Part shown: positions 17,438 to 26,946 of the stretch, in pieces
How positions within the stretch are numbered: position 1 is the stretch's first letter
Layout of the letters: every line of letters begins with the position of its first letter
Translations under genes and position numbers: made by a program
Notes under the pieces: model-generated
Database searches by the model: none
What the model saw: only the letters and a program-made list of their open reading frames with translations
Told to the model about the DNA's origin: nothing
Assembly: GCA_027293415.1 (NCBI GenBank)
Contig: JAPUFX010000135.1
Span: forward strand, 1 to 49,012
Reading direction: 5' to 3'
Length of the DNA stretch: 49,012 bases
From: Candidatus Methylomirabilota bacterium
GTDB taxonomy: Bacteria; Methylomirabilota; Methylomirabilia; Methylomirabilales; CSP1-5

Positions 17438-17887
17438 ATGGCAGTAGTGCGGTGGGATCCATTTCAGGATTTGATCACGCTTCAGGATCGGATGAATCAG
17501 ATATTCGAGCAAACGTTGGCCCGGTCTCGCGGGGATCGGGAAGGGGTGGTGGCATCGGCTTGGTCACCCCCGGTAGACATCTATGAGACGGCCGAAAGCC
17601 TTGTCCTGAGGGCAGAGCTCCCTGGCCTCAGCAAGGAAGATATCGATATTCAAGTCCGAGATAATAGGTTGACCCTCAAAGGGGAGCGGCGGCACGAGAA
17701 GGAGGTCAAGCAGGAAAACTACCTTCGGGTGGAGTGCGCCTACGGGACGTTCCAGCGCGCGTTCGTCTTGCCGACGGATATCCAGCCCGACAAGATTCGT
17801 GCGACCTTTAAAGACGGGGTCATGGAAGTGAACATCCCGAAGGCGGAGGCGGCAAAGCCAAAGCACATCAAAGTTGAGGTGAAATGA
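17438..17887 (+). CDS. Small heat-shock protein (Hsp20/alpha-crystallin)
   Basis: RWDPF, PPVDIYET, ELPG, YGTFQRAFVLP, ATFKDGVMEV. Confidence 0.95.
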   Translation: MAVVRWDPFQDLITLQDRMNQIFEQTLARSRGDREGVVASAWSPPVDIYETAESLVLRAELPGLSKEDIDIQVRDNRLTLKGERRHEKEVKQENYLRVECAYGTFQRAFVLPTDIQPDKIRATFKDGVMEVNIPKAEAAKPKHIKVEVK

Positions 17888-17985
17888 AATTCCGTCCGAC
17901 ATCGGACACCTTGAAGGAGATCTTAGGCTTTGCCGTTGGGCGTCAGGGACACTGGGAGGGACAGGGGGTATATAGGTAGATCGAG

Positions 17986-19092
17986 ATGGCCAAGCGAGAC
18001 TACTACGAGGTCCTGGGGGCTCCTCGGAACGCCTCAGAGCGGGAGATCAAGCGAGCGTATCGAAAGCTCGCCCGGAAGTATCATCCCGACGTCAATCCGG
18101 GAAATCCAGAGGCAGAAGCGAACTTTAAAGAGATTACCGAGGCGTACGAGGTCCTGAGTGATCCAGGCAAGCGCCGACAGTATGATCAGTTTGGCCATCA
18201 GCCGTTTGCCTCAGCCACCGAGGGAGCCGGTCCGGGATTTGGTTTTGACTTCGGCCCCTTCACCGGGTTCCGCCAGCGTGGTTCTGGCGGCATTGCGGAT
18301 ATCTTATCGGATATCTTTGGCGGCGGCCCAGGGGCAACAACAGCTTCCCTGAAGGGGGAGGATCTTCATTACTCCATCGATCTGGATTTTGAGAACGCGA
18401 TCCGGGGCCTCTCCACGGAGATCACACTTCAAAAACACGTAAGCTGTAAGGCCTGTCATGGGACCGGAGCGGCGTCCGGATCGGCCCCACAGTCCTGTCC
18501 TGACTGCGGAGGGAGCGGACGACGGCAGGTCTCGCGCGGTATCCTGAGTATGGCATCCCCCTGCCCCCGGTGTCAGGGGAGCGGGAAGGTGATTCTCCAG
18601 CCCTGCCGAAGCTGTGGCGGCAAGGGGGCGATCTACCGGACCGAACGGCTGAAGGTCAATATCCCTCCCGGAGTGGACACCGGCTCGCGAATTCGCCTCG
18701 CAGGCAAGGGAGAGCCGGGGAGGAATGGGGGTCCTCCCGGGGACCTTTACGTGACCACCCGGGTTCACCCGCATTCCTTCTTCGAGCGAAAAGGGGACAA
18801 CCTCTACTGTGCGATCCCCATCACCATCACAGAAGCAGCGCTCGGGGCGCGGGTCGAGGTTCCCACGGTAGACGGCACGGCCACCATGACAATTCCTCCC
18901 GGGACTTCGAGCGGCCGCATCTTCCGCTTGAGGCAGAAAGGGGTGCCGCATCTCAAGGGGAGTGGCCGGGGGGATCAATATGTCACGGTTAAGATTGTCG
19001 TTCCCCAGAATCTGGATGAACGGTCCCAACAGCTCCTCCGGGAGTTTACGCGGTTGAATCCGATGGACCCCAGGCGGGATCTGAAGGGGTAA
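17986..19092 (+). CDS. dnaJ: Chaperone DnaJ (class A)
   Basis: HPD motif, G/F region, four CxxCxGxG repeats. Confidence 0.97.
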   Translation: MAKRDYYEVLGAPRNASEREIKRAYRKLARKYHPDVNPGNPEAEANFKEITEAYEVLSDPGKRRQYDQFGHQPFASATEGAGPGFGFDFGPFTGFRQRGSGGIADILSDIFGGGPGATTASLKGEDLHYSIDLDFENAIRGLSTEITLQKHVSCKACHGTGAASGSAPQSCPDCGGSGRRQVSRGILSMASPCPRCQGSGKVILQPCRSCGGKGAIYRTERLKVNIPPGVDTGSRIRLAGKGEPGRNGGPPGDLYVTTRVHPHSFFERKGDNLYCAIPITITEAALGARVEVPTVDGTATMTIPPGTSSGRIFRLRQKGVPHLKGSGRGDQYVTVKIVVPQNLDERSQQLLREFTRLNPMDPRRDLKG

Positions 19093-19093
19093 C

Positions 19094-19164
19094 GTCCACG
19101 GTCCAGCGTCCAACGTTGAAGAGCGAATCCTTTCCTGTCGGGGTTGGACATTGGATATCGGGAC
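19094..19164. repeat. Heptamer tandem-repeat hairpin (GTCCNNN units)
   Basis: gtccacg gtccagc gtccaac ... gttggac attggat atcgggac. Confidence 0.75.
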
Positions 19165-19195
19165 GGAGTAGGTGCTGCCCGGGGAGGTGGCGGAA

Positions 19196-19597
19196 ATGCC
19201 AAGAAGAAAGAAGAAAGCTCTGTACATGATTAGCGTGGTGTCGGAGATGTTCAATATCCACCCCCAGACTCTCAGAGCGTACGAGCGAGAGGGACTGATC
19301 CGGCCTTCCAGGACCGAAGGAAACACGCGCCTCTATTCCCAGGATGACCTAGAGCGGATCGAGCTCATTTTACGCCTGACCAATGAGCTCGGGGTGAATC
19401 TGGCCGGGGTAGAAGTGATCCTCAATATGCGGGAGCAGATGGAGCAGATGCGCCAGGAGACGGCCGAAGCTTTCGAGGCGGTGCTCCGGGTTGTAGGGGA
19501 GGAGGTGCTCCACCGCCGGCAGAGCCCAGGCCTGGTCCCGGTGGGGCGGCGTGGTTTAAGTCGGCGTTCTCCACCTCAGCGGAGGGAATCCCCTTGA
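19196..19597 (+). CDS. hspR: MerR-family heat-shock repressor HspR
   Basis: YMISVVSEMFNIHPQTLRAYEREGLIRPSRTEGNTRLYS...GVNLAGV; follows dnaJ; start ATG 19196 (SD GGAGG). Confidence 0.88.
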   Translation: MPRRKKKALYMISVVSEMFNIHPQTLRAYEREGLIRPSRTEGNTRLYSQDDLERIELILRLTNELGVNLAGVEVILNMREQMEQMRQETAEAFEAVLRVVGEEVLHRRQSPGLVPVGRRGLSRRSPPQRRESP

Positions 19598-19671
19598 CAC
19601 CCTCAGAATCGTTTCTACGTTGATGATCGTTGGAAAAATGCACGGAGGATACTAAAGGAGACACAGGGGCT

Positions 19672-20523
19672 ATGGGAAACACCATTAAAACGACACTCCT
19701 GTTGGGGACGATGACGGGTCTCCTTGTTATCTTCGGGGATTATTTCGGAGGTACCCAAGGGATGGTGATTGCCTTCCTGTTCGCCCTCCTGATGAACTTT
19801 GGCTCTTACTGGTATTCCGACAAGATTGTCCTGAAGATGTACCGGGCCCGGGAGGTTACAGAGGCAGAGGCCCCGGAACTGGTAGGCATGGTCCGATCCC
19901 TCAGCCAACGGGCGCAGCTCCCCATGCCCAGGGTGTATATCGTCCCCAACGAGTCCCCCAATGCCTTTGCCACGGGTCGGAATCCACAGCACGCGGCCGT
20001 TGCGGTAACCTCTGGGATTCTGCGGATCATGAACTCTGAGCAACTGGAGGGGGTGCTGGCCCACGAGTTAGGACATGTCAAGCACCGAGACACCCTGATC
20101 AGCGCCGTTGCTGCCACGTTGGCCGGGGTGATCATGATGTTGGCGTACATGGCCCGGTGGGCCGCCATTTTCGGAGGGGTGGGTGGCAGGGGTTCAGAGG
20201 ATCGAGGGGGTGGTATTCTGGGTCTCCTCGCCATGTCCATCCTGGCCCCCATTGCCGCTCTCGTCATCCAGATGGCGATCTCCCGCACCCGGGAGTTTCA
20301 GGCTGATGCAACGGCGGCGCGGCTCACCAAGAAGCCCTCCGGGTTGGCCTCGGCCCTCGAGCGACTCCATGCCGCTGCCGAGCGGATCCCCTTGGAAGCC
20401 AACCCGGCCACGTCCCATCTCTTCATCGTCAATCCGCTGTCGGGGAGGTCTCTCTTGCGCTTCTTCTCCACTCATCCTCCGGTCGAGGAGCGTGTCAAGC
20501 GTCTCCGCGCCATGCAGGTCTAG
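19672..20523 (+). CDS. htpX: Zinc metalloprotease HtpX
   Basis: [31 protein letters not shown]; start ATG 19672; TTGACA-N16-TACGTT at 19594-19621. Confidence 0.96.
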   Translation: MGNTIKTTLLLGTMTGLLVIFGDYFGGTQGMVIAFLFALLMNFGSYWYSDKIVLKMYRAREVTEAEAPELVGMVRSLSQRAQLPMPRVYIVPNESPNAFATGRNPQHAAVAVTSGILRIMNSEQLEGVLAHELGHVKHRDTLISAVAATLAGVIMMLAYMARWAAIFGGVGGRGSEDRGGGILGLLAMSILAPIAALVIQMAISRTREFQADATAARLTKKPSGLASALERLHAAAERIPLEANPATSHLFIVNPLSGRSLLRFFSTHPPVEERVKRLRAMQV

Positions 20524-21186
20524 ATGACGCTGGCCCTGCAACGGACAAATTGGAGAGCAAGGGCGGGCAACAGCTGCTTGCCCTTGCTCTTTTGGTCAAT
20601 CCTCCTCGTATGTTCGGGGCTTGTGTTGAGCGGTTGTGCGTTGATTGCTTCCGCTCCCCCCGAGAAAGTCGGCCTCCGTCCGGCGCCTTCCCGCACCCCG
20701 ACGTACACGGTGAGCGGGCGGAGCATCATCGCGACTCCCGGGCCTTTAAACGTAACGGTGCGGCCTCTCGCCCCGGAGGACGTGCTCGCGTATTTTCAAA
20801 AGCATCGCAAAAAGAACCCGTTTGGAAGGATGCGAGATGACATTACGCCCTTCTATCTTCGGATCGAGAACCGGTCCCGGGACCAGTTGACCTTAGATTC
20901 GGGTCTCACTATCCTGAAGGATCAAAAGAACCGGGGTGTCGCGGCATTCGATGCTGCCGAACTGTTCCAGACCTTTGCTGAAAATCCAACCCTACTTCAG
21001 GCGGCCCAGAAAGAGGTCATTACAGGGTATTTGGTCATTGCCCCTGACCGGAGTCGTGAAGGAATTTTAGTCTTTCCGGCCATTCCTAAGGATGCCAAGG
21101 CCGTTTTCCTCCAATTTACCTCACTCTACGTTGGGCCCACAGCGTTTCCTCTTATCTTCGAGTTCGAGGTAGTCCCGAAAGAGTGA
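20524..21186 (+). CDS. Hypothetical lipoprotein
   Basis: Hydrophobic leader with LSGC lipobox; starts right after the htpX stop. Confidence 0.7.
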   Translation: MTLALQRTNWRARAGNSCLPLLFWSILLVCSGLVLSGCALIASAPPEKVGLRPAPSRTPTYTVSGRSIIATPGPLNVTVRPLAPEDVLAYFQKHRKKNPFGRMRDDITPFYLRIENRSRDQLTLDSGLTILKDQKNRGVAAFDAAELFQTFAENPTLLQAAQKEVITGYLVIAPDRSREGILVFPAIPKDAKAVFLQFTSLYVGPTAFPLIFEFEVVPKE

Positions 21187-21221
21187 AAAAGTAAAACCCT
21201 TAGCGCGAGCAGGGGTGCCAT

Positions 21222-22871
21222 ATGTCCCTCCGCCCGGAACTATTTCGAGCGCTGGCAGATGCGAGACGTCTGCCGCACGGGGAAGAAGATAGGGAGGCCT
21301 GGCGGCAGGCCTACGAGACAGTGGAAGAGGTCCTCGCGGCCCTCGAGGAGGAGGAGTTGGGCGGGGAAGAGCCAGCACTCTCTGTCGTCCTTGGAGAACC
21401 GGTGTCGTCACCCGGAGAGCCGGCGGAGTTGCCTGCAGGGCCTCGATCCCAGGCGAACGACATTTCCGAAATTTCCATCGTCTCTACGGCGCGCCTCATC
21501 CACCGAAGAGAGCTTTCACCCGTTGAGCTTGTACAAGCGATGTTGGAACGTATCTCCACGTATGGGAAGCCCATCAATGCCTATATTGCGTGTTACGCCG
21601 AAGAGGCAATTCAGGCGGCCCGGACGGCGGAAGATGCCATTGCGCGCGGCCGGCCGCTCGGCCCACTCCATGGCATCCCGATCGCGGTGAAGGATCTCTT
21701 CTTCACCGCCGGCCTTCCCACCACCGCCGGGACACGGGTTTTCAAGGATTTTGTCTCTCAGGAGGATGCCACCGTCATTCGCCGTCTCAAGGAGGCAGGC
21801 GCGATCCTCTTGGGAAAGCTAAACCTTCACGAGCTTGCCTACGGAATTACCAACGATAATCCCCATTTCGGAGCCGTGCGGAATCCCTGGAACCTCAATC
21901 GGATCTCGGGAGGAAGCAGCGGGGGCTCTGCCGCGGCCGTGGCTGCATCCCTCTGTCTCGGATCTCTGGGAACCGATACCGGAGGTTCGATACGGATCCC
22001 GGCTGCCTGCTGTGGGGTGGTCGGACTAAAGCCAACCTACGGTCGGGTGAGTCGCAGCGGTGTTTTCCCCCTGGCTTGGTCCCTCGATCATGTCGGTCCC
22101 ATCACAAACGTGGTGGAGGATGCAGCGCTGCTGCTTCAGGTCTTGGCCGGGTCCGATGCGCGAGACGTCACTACGAGTCCATTGCCGGTTCCAGATTATT
22201 GTCGAGCGCTCGAGAGTGACATGAAGGGGGTCAGGATTGGGCTACCGAGGGATTTCTTTTACGACCCGGCCGAAGTAGATCCCTTAGTCATGGGGGCGGT
22301 GGAAGGGGCCCTTGAAGTTCTGGAGGGTCTGGGGGCGAGCGTGGAGGAGGTATCAATCCCTCTCCTCCGTCACGCACCTGCCATTCAGTTTCTTACCCTC
22401 TCGAGCGAGGCAACCGCCAACCACAGTCGGCTCCTCCGGACCCGCGGGCGAGAGCTTGGGATAGATGTCCGGCGCCGTCTGGAGCTGGGAGAATTCCTTG
22501 GAGCCTCACAGTATGTGCGGGCCCAACAGGCTCGTCGGCTCCTAATGAAGCAATTTGCCGCTGTCTTCCATCAGGTGGACCTGTTGGTAACTCCGACCCT
22601 CCCTATTGTGGCCCCACCTATCGGCGAGCAGACGGTCGCCATTTGCGGGATCCGGAAAAGGCTTCAGCCAACCATCACCCGGTTTACGAGCCCCGCGAAT
22701 CTGACCGGACTTCCCGCAATCACGGTCCCGTGCGGTACGGACGTCGGAGGAATTCCCGTGGGACTTCAAATGATCGGGCGACCCTTCGATGAAGTAACAC
22801 TTCTTCGGGGGGCCTATGCTTACCAGCGGGCGACACCGTGGCACGCCCGACGGCCCCCGGTCGCCCAGTGA
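21222..22871 (+). CDS. Amidase-signature enzyme (GatA/AtzE-like) with an N-terminal GatC-like extension
   Basis: IAVKD, GGSSGGSAAAVA, GTDTGGSIRIPA. Confidence 0.92.
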   Translation: MSLRPELFRALADARRLPHGEEDREAWRQAYETVEEVLAALEEEELGGEEPALSVVLGEPVSSPGEPAELPAGPRSQANDISEISIVSTARLIHRRELSPVELVQAMLERISTYGKPINAYIACYAEEAIQAARTAEDAIARGRPLGPLHGIPIAVKDLFFTAGLPTTAGTRVFKDFVSQEDATVIRRLKEAGAILLGKLNLHELAYGITNDNPHFGAVRNPWNLNRISGGSSGGSAAAVAASLCLGSLGTDTGGSIRIPAACCGVVGLKPTYGRVSRSGVFPLAWSLDHVGPITNVVEDAALLLQVLAGSDARDVTTSPLPVPDYCRALESDMKGVRIGLPRDFFYDPAEVDPLVMGAVEGALEVLEGLGASVEEVSIPLLRHAPAIQFLTLSSEATANHSRLLRTRGRELGIDVRRRLELGEFLGASQYVRAQQARRLLMKQFAAVFHQVDLLVTPTLPIVAPPIGEQTVAICGIRKRLQPTITRFTSPANLTGLPAITVPCGTDVGGIPVGLQMIGRPFDEVTLLRGAYAYQRATPWHARRPPVAQ

Positions 22872-22881
22872 ACCAGGTAAC

Positions 22882-22947
22882 AATCAGCAATCAGCATGCG
22901 GAAGTTGAAAAAGCCGACTGCTGACCGCTGACGGCTGATGGCTGAGA
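22882..22947. repeat. Heptamer tandem-repeat hairpin between convergent genes (possible terminator)
   Basis: aatcagc aatcagc ... gctgacc gctgacg gctgatg gctgaga. Confidence 0.75.
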
Positions 22948-22951
22948 TGTG

Positions 22952-23260
22952 CTACTTGAGGAGGGGAGCGAGGCGTGCCGTGAAGGAGACGAGGTCGGCA
23001 TTTCGTATCCGGATTCGCTTGTGACGGGTCTGCGCTCCGGCGATGATCTCTACATGGGTGAGGGGAACCTTCAGGGTGGTGGCCAACAGGCGGCGGCAGG
23101 CTGTGTTGGCTTTGCCGTCCACAGGTGGGGCAGTGACGGTTACTTTCAAGACCCCTTCCCGGACTCCGATGATCTCATCCCGCCTAGCCCCTGGCCGGAC
23201 GAGAACCGGGAGGAGAAGATCAGGACCCCGCACCTGGAGGTTCAGGTTGGACAGGCTCAC
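22952..23260 (-). CDS. yggU: DUF167 / YggU family protein
   Basis: VRPGARR, LKVTVTAPPVDGKAN, GAQTRHK. Confidence 0.9.
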   Translation of the reverse strand: MSLSNLNLQVRGPDLLLPVLVRPGARRDEIIGVREGVLKVTVTAPPVDGKANTACRRLLATTLKVPLTHVEIIAGAQTRHKRIRIRNADLVSFTARLAPLLK

Positions 23261-23717
23261 TGGCGTCCTCGGCAGCCTCGGTGTCTAGGAGATCCTGGTA
23301 GAGCTTGATGGCCCCCCGGACCCTGGCCTCGAAAAAGGCCTTCTCCCGCTTCGAATCCGCAATCTTTCCCTGCAATCGGCCCAACGTCAGATGGGCGCGC
23401 TCCAAGAGGGCCTCCGCCTTGATTTCGGCGTCCTTGATGATGAGCTCGGCCTCCTTCCGGGTTGTGTCTTTCATGTCATCGGTCATGCGCTGGAGGGCGA
23501 AGAGAACCTCCTTGACTTCGTTCTCCCGCCCCCGATACGTCTCTAGCTGGGTCTCCAGCTTCTCAAGCCGATCCTCCTTGAGGATACTCTCCTTGAGGAG
23601 CCCCTGCAGTTGCTCGGCGATCCCTTCCAGGAAGTTCCTGACCTCCACCGGATCCAGACCGCGGAAGCGCCGTCGAAATTCTTGTTGTGCGATTTCGAGA
23701 GGGGCCAGATTCTTCAT
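23220..23717 (-). CDS. divIVA: DivIVA domain protein
   Basis: LAPLEIAQQEFRRRFRGLDPVEVRNFL then coiled coil; ATGA overlap with yggT. Confidence 0.9.
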   Translation of the reverse strand: MKNLAPLEIAQQEFRRRFRGLDPVEVRNFLEGIAEQLQGLLKESILKEDRLEKLETQLETYRGRENEVKEVLFALQRMTDDMKDTTRKEAELIIKDAEIKAEALLERAHLTLGRLQGKIADSKREKAFFEARVRGAIKLYQDLLDTEAAEDASEPVQPEPPGAGS

Positions 23718-24010
23718 CGAAGCCTCCACGCCAGCTCCCGTAAGGAAGCCACGAGAAATTGGTCCAAGAACATAATCGCGAGGATGACCACCAGCGGGGA
23801 AAAATCGATCCCCCAACCGATAGGGACGGCTCGGCGGACCGGCTGCAGGACCGGTTCGGTGCTGCGATAGAGAAACTGGACGATCGGATTGTACGGGTCC
23901 GGGTTAACCCAGGAGATAACCGCCCGGATGATGATCATCCACATATAGACGAAGAGACCAATGTGTAAAATTTGTGCGATAGCAGTCAGCAAGTTGGCAA
24001 AGACGAACAT
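23714..24010 (-). CDS. yggT: YggT family membrane protein
   Basis: SWVNPDPYNP, TEPVLQPVRR, IDFSP. Confidence 0.93.
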   Translation of the reverse strand: MFVFANLLTAIAQILHIGLFVYMWMIIIRAVISWVNPDPYNPIVQFLYRSTEPVLQPVRRAVPIGWGIDFSPLVVILAIMFLDQFLVASLRELAWRLR

Positions 24011-24013
24011 TGC

Positions 24014-24835
24014 CTACTCCTCACCCAGCTCCATGGAGCGACGGGTTGCCGCCTCGACCGCCTCCATGAGTAACCCTCGAAACCCCGCCTGTTCCAAGAT
24101 GTGGAGGCCGGCGACGGTGGTCCCCGCAGGTGAGGTGACCATATCTTTGAGTTTGGCGGGGTGTTCTCCCGATTCCAGGACCATCCGGGCTGCTCCGAAG
24201 GCTGTCTGGGCTGCAAGCAAGGTGGCGACCTCGCGAGTAAGTCCCATGTGGACCCCCGCGTCCGCAAGGGCCTCGATCAAGACAAAGATGTAGGCGGGGC
24301 CACTCCCGCTCAGACCGGTCACGGCATCCATCAACTTTTCCTCAACTTGGACGACGCGGCCCACCGCCTCGAAGACCTCCCAGGTGGACTTCAGATCCTC
24401 TTCAGTGGCGTGCCGTCCAGGCGTGATGGCACTCGCACCGGCCAGGATGAGGGCAGGCGTGTTGGGCATGATCCGCACAACCCGGGTTGGGTGAGAAAAC
24501 CTGGCTTCAATAAAAGCCGTCCGGATCCCAGCGGCGACCGAGAGAAGGAGATGATCCTCTGTCACCGCTCCACGGAGCCCGGTGAGGACTTCATCCATCA
24601 CCTGCGGCTTCACGGCGAGGAGGAGGATCTGAGCCTTGGTGGCGGCTTCCTCATTATTGGTCAAGGTCTCGATGCGATACATCTTGTGTATTACGTCGAG
24701 GCGCTCTGTTCGGATGTCGGTCGCGATCACCTGTTCCGGGCGAACCTGTCCTGCCTGGAGGAGGCCTTTGATCAGGGCCTCGCCCATGTTCCCAGCGCCG
24801 ATGAACGCGATACGCTTATCCTGTAATGCCGTCAC
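24014..24835 (-). CDS. proC: Pyrroline-5-carboxylate reductase
   Basis: IGAGNMG, RIMPNTP, GLSGSGPAY, VTSPAGTT; start moved to GTG 24835. Confidence 0.96.
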   Translation of the reverse strand: MTALQDKRIAFIGAGNMGEALIKGLLQAGQVRPEQVIATDIRTERLDVIHKMYRIETLTNNEEAATKAQILLLAVKPQVMDEVLTGLRGAVTEDHLLLSVAAGIRTAFIEARFSHPTRVVRIMPNTPALILAGASAITPGRHATEEDLKSTWEVFEAVGRVVQVEEKLMDAVTGLSGSGPAYIFVLIEALADAGVHMGLTREVATLLAAQTAFGAARMVLESGEHPAKLKDMVTSPAGTTVAGLHILEQAGFRGLLMEAVEAATRRSMELGEE

Positions 24836-24972
24836 CCGATTTTCCTCACTGATTTGATTTATAGCTTGAGATTGCAACATGAGTCAAGGGATTCATCGCA
24901 CCGAGGCCTCTATCCGCGGGCTGTTGCAGGACGTATCTGCTCAGAGGCCTGACCGTTGAGCTGCCGGGTGGC

Positions 24973-25001
24973 TTGACACCCGCCGCCCGTTGAACGAAGA
25001 T
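24973..25001 (+). promoter_or_regulatory. Candidate uvrC promoter (leaderless)
   Basis: TTGACA-N17-GAAGAT, 6 nt before ATG 25008, no SD. Confidence 0.4.
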
Positions 25002-25007
25002 TGAAGC

Positions 25008-26804
25008 ATGATGCTATCGGAAAAGATCAAAGGGCTGCCGGACCGACCCGGGGTCTATCTCTTCAAGGGGAAAAAGGGGGAGATGCTTTACATCGGCAAG
25101 GCCCTTTCCCTGAGGAAGCGGGTGCAGTCTTACTTTCAGGGGCGGGAAGCGCAGTCGGAGCGGTCCGAGCGGATGGCGAGCCTGCTTTCGCAGGTCCTGG
25201 ATGTCGAGGTGATCGTCACCGACAATGAACTCGAGGCCCTGATCTTGGAGTCGAATCTCGTCAAGGAGCAGCAGCCCAAATATAACGTTGTGCTCAAAGA
25301 TGACAAGCACTACCCCTTCCTCAAGCTGGACCTTCACGATCCGTGGCCGCGTCTGCAGGTGGTCCGGCAAGTGAAAGAGGACAAAGCCCTATACTTTGGT
25401 CCGTATGTGCCCGCCACCACCATGTGGAAGCTCCTCCACCTGATCAACAGAACCTTCCCCCTCCGGAAATGTCCCGATATTCGGGGGCGCCGGCACTGCC
25501 TGGACTATCATCTCGGCCGTTGCCTCGGTCCCTGTGAGCAGTCGGTGGGTAAGGCGGAATACGATCAGGTGGTGGAGCGGGTCCGTCTCGTCCTGGAGGG
25601 ACGGGACCGCGAGTTGGCCAAGCAGCTTGGGGAGAGCATGCATCAGGCGGCAGGAAGGCTGGAGTTCGAGCGGGCGGCCAAGTTCCGGGACCAACTCCTC
25701 ACTTTACGGGAAGCCCTGGCCGGGCAGAAGGTCCTCTCAGCGGGTGGCGAAGAGCAGGATGCCTTTGGGATCAGTATCCAAGGAGCGGAGGCCAATATTC
25801 AAATCCTCCTGATCCGCCGGGGACGCCTTGTCGGCCGGGAGTCTTTCACCTGTGGCGAAGGGCTTGCCCGCACGCCTGGAGACCTCCTGGATGCTTTCAT
25901 CCGGCAGTTCTATCTCCGACGGCGGACCATCCCGCCCGAGGTTCTCACGTCGCATCCAATGGAGGATGCGGACATGATCGCGCGGTGGCTTTCGGAGCGC
26001 GCCCAACACCGCGTGGAGGTTCGCCATCCCCAGCGCGGCCGCAAGGCCCGCCTGGTCGAATTGGCGGTAAAGAACGCCGAGATTGTCCTGATGGCGAGCT
26101 TGAAATCGACAGCAGGCCGGGACGCGGCACTCGAAGATCTGCGGAGGGTGCTGGGCATCTCCCAAGTCCCCCACCGAATAGAGGCCTATGACATCTCCAA
26201 CATCCAGGGGATGCTAGCAGTCGGGTCCCAGGTGGTGTATGAGGATGCCTTACCCCGCCGCTCAGACTACAAACGATACCGGATTAAAACGGTGAGTGGG
26301 GCGGATGATTATGCCATGCTGGAGGAGGTCCTGCGGCGGCGGTTCGCCAGAGTGGCGCAGTGGCCCCTGCCCGATCTGATCCTCATCGACGGGGGACGTG
26401 GACAACTGAACGTGGCGCTCAAGGTGGCTCGGGGACTAGGGCAGCGGGAGCTGCCCATCATTTCGTTGGCGAAAGAGGAAGAGGTCGTTCACCATCCGTT
26501 CCGGCACACGCCGATTGCACTCCCCGAAGGCTCCCGGGCCAGGCACCTGCTTCTGCAGATTCGGGATGAAGCCCATCGTTTTGCCATCACGTACCACAAG
26601 AAGCTCCGTGGGAAGCAGAGCCTCTCCTCGATCCTGGAGGAGATCCCTGGAGTAGGAGAGAAACGGAGGCAGGCCCTCCTCAGGGGCTTTGGTTCTCTCA
26701 AGGCCATGCAGCAGGCCACTATTGAGGAAATTCGAAGAGTGGGGGGACTGCCCTCCCATGTTGCGGCTGCCGTCCACGATTTTCTGCAGGCCCTTGCCGA
26801 GTAG
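25008..26804 (+). CDS. uvrC: Excinuclease ABC subunit C
   Basis: GIY-YIG N-terminus (PGVYLF..YIGKA), DISNIQG, DGGRGQ, RDEAHRFA, HhH. Confidence 0.98.
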   Translation: MMLSEKIKGLPDRPGVYLFKGKKGEMLYIGKALSLRKRVQSYFQGREAQSERSERMASLLSQVLDVEVIVTDNELEALILESNLVKEQQPKYNVVLKDDKHYPFLKLDLHDPWPRLQVVRQVKEDKALYFGPYVPATTMWKLLHLINRTFPLRKCPDIRGRRHCLDYHLGRCLGPCEQSVGKAEYDQVVERVRLVLEGRDRELAKQLGESMHQAAGRLEFERAAKFRDQLLTLREALAGQKVLSAGGEEQDAFGISIQGAEANIQILLIRRGRLVGRESFTCGEGLARTPGDLLDAFIRQFYLRRRTIPPEVLTSHPMEDADMIARWLSERAQHRVEVRHPQRGRKARLVELAVKNAEIVLMASLKSTAGRDAALEDLRRVLGISQVPHRIEAYDISNIQGMLAVGSQVVYEDALPRRSDYKRYRIKTVSGADDYAMLEEVLRRRFARVAQWPLPDLILIDGGRGQLNVALKVARGLGQRELPIISLAKEEEVVHHPFRHTPIALPEGSRARHLLLQIRDEAHRFAITYHKKLRGKQSLSSILEEIPGVGEKRRQALLRGFGSLKAMQQATIEEIRRVGGLPSHVAAAVHDFLQALAE

Positions 26805-26911
26805 TGCTGCACTCCTTTCTGGCTACCCCCTTCACGTGCCGGCCCGAGATGATGCCGTGGATTCGCAGATAAACGTGTCTTTTTTCACCGCGTGGGACCT
26901 CGGCCGCTTCG

Positions 26912-26940
26912 TTGCCCGTTCTCTCGACATATGGTAGAGT
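26912..26940 (+). promoter_or_regulatory. Promoter of the diadenylate cyclase gene (leaderless)
   Basis: TTGCCC-N17-TAGAGT with extended TG; ATG 6 nt downstream, no SD. Confidence 0.55.
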
Positions 26941-26946
26941 GACGCC

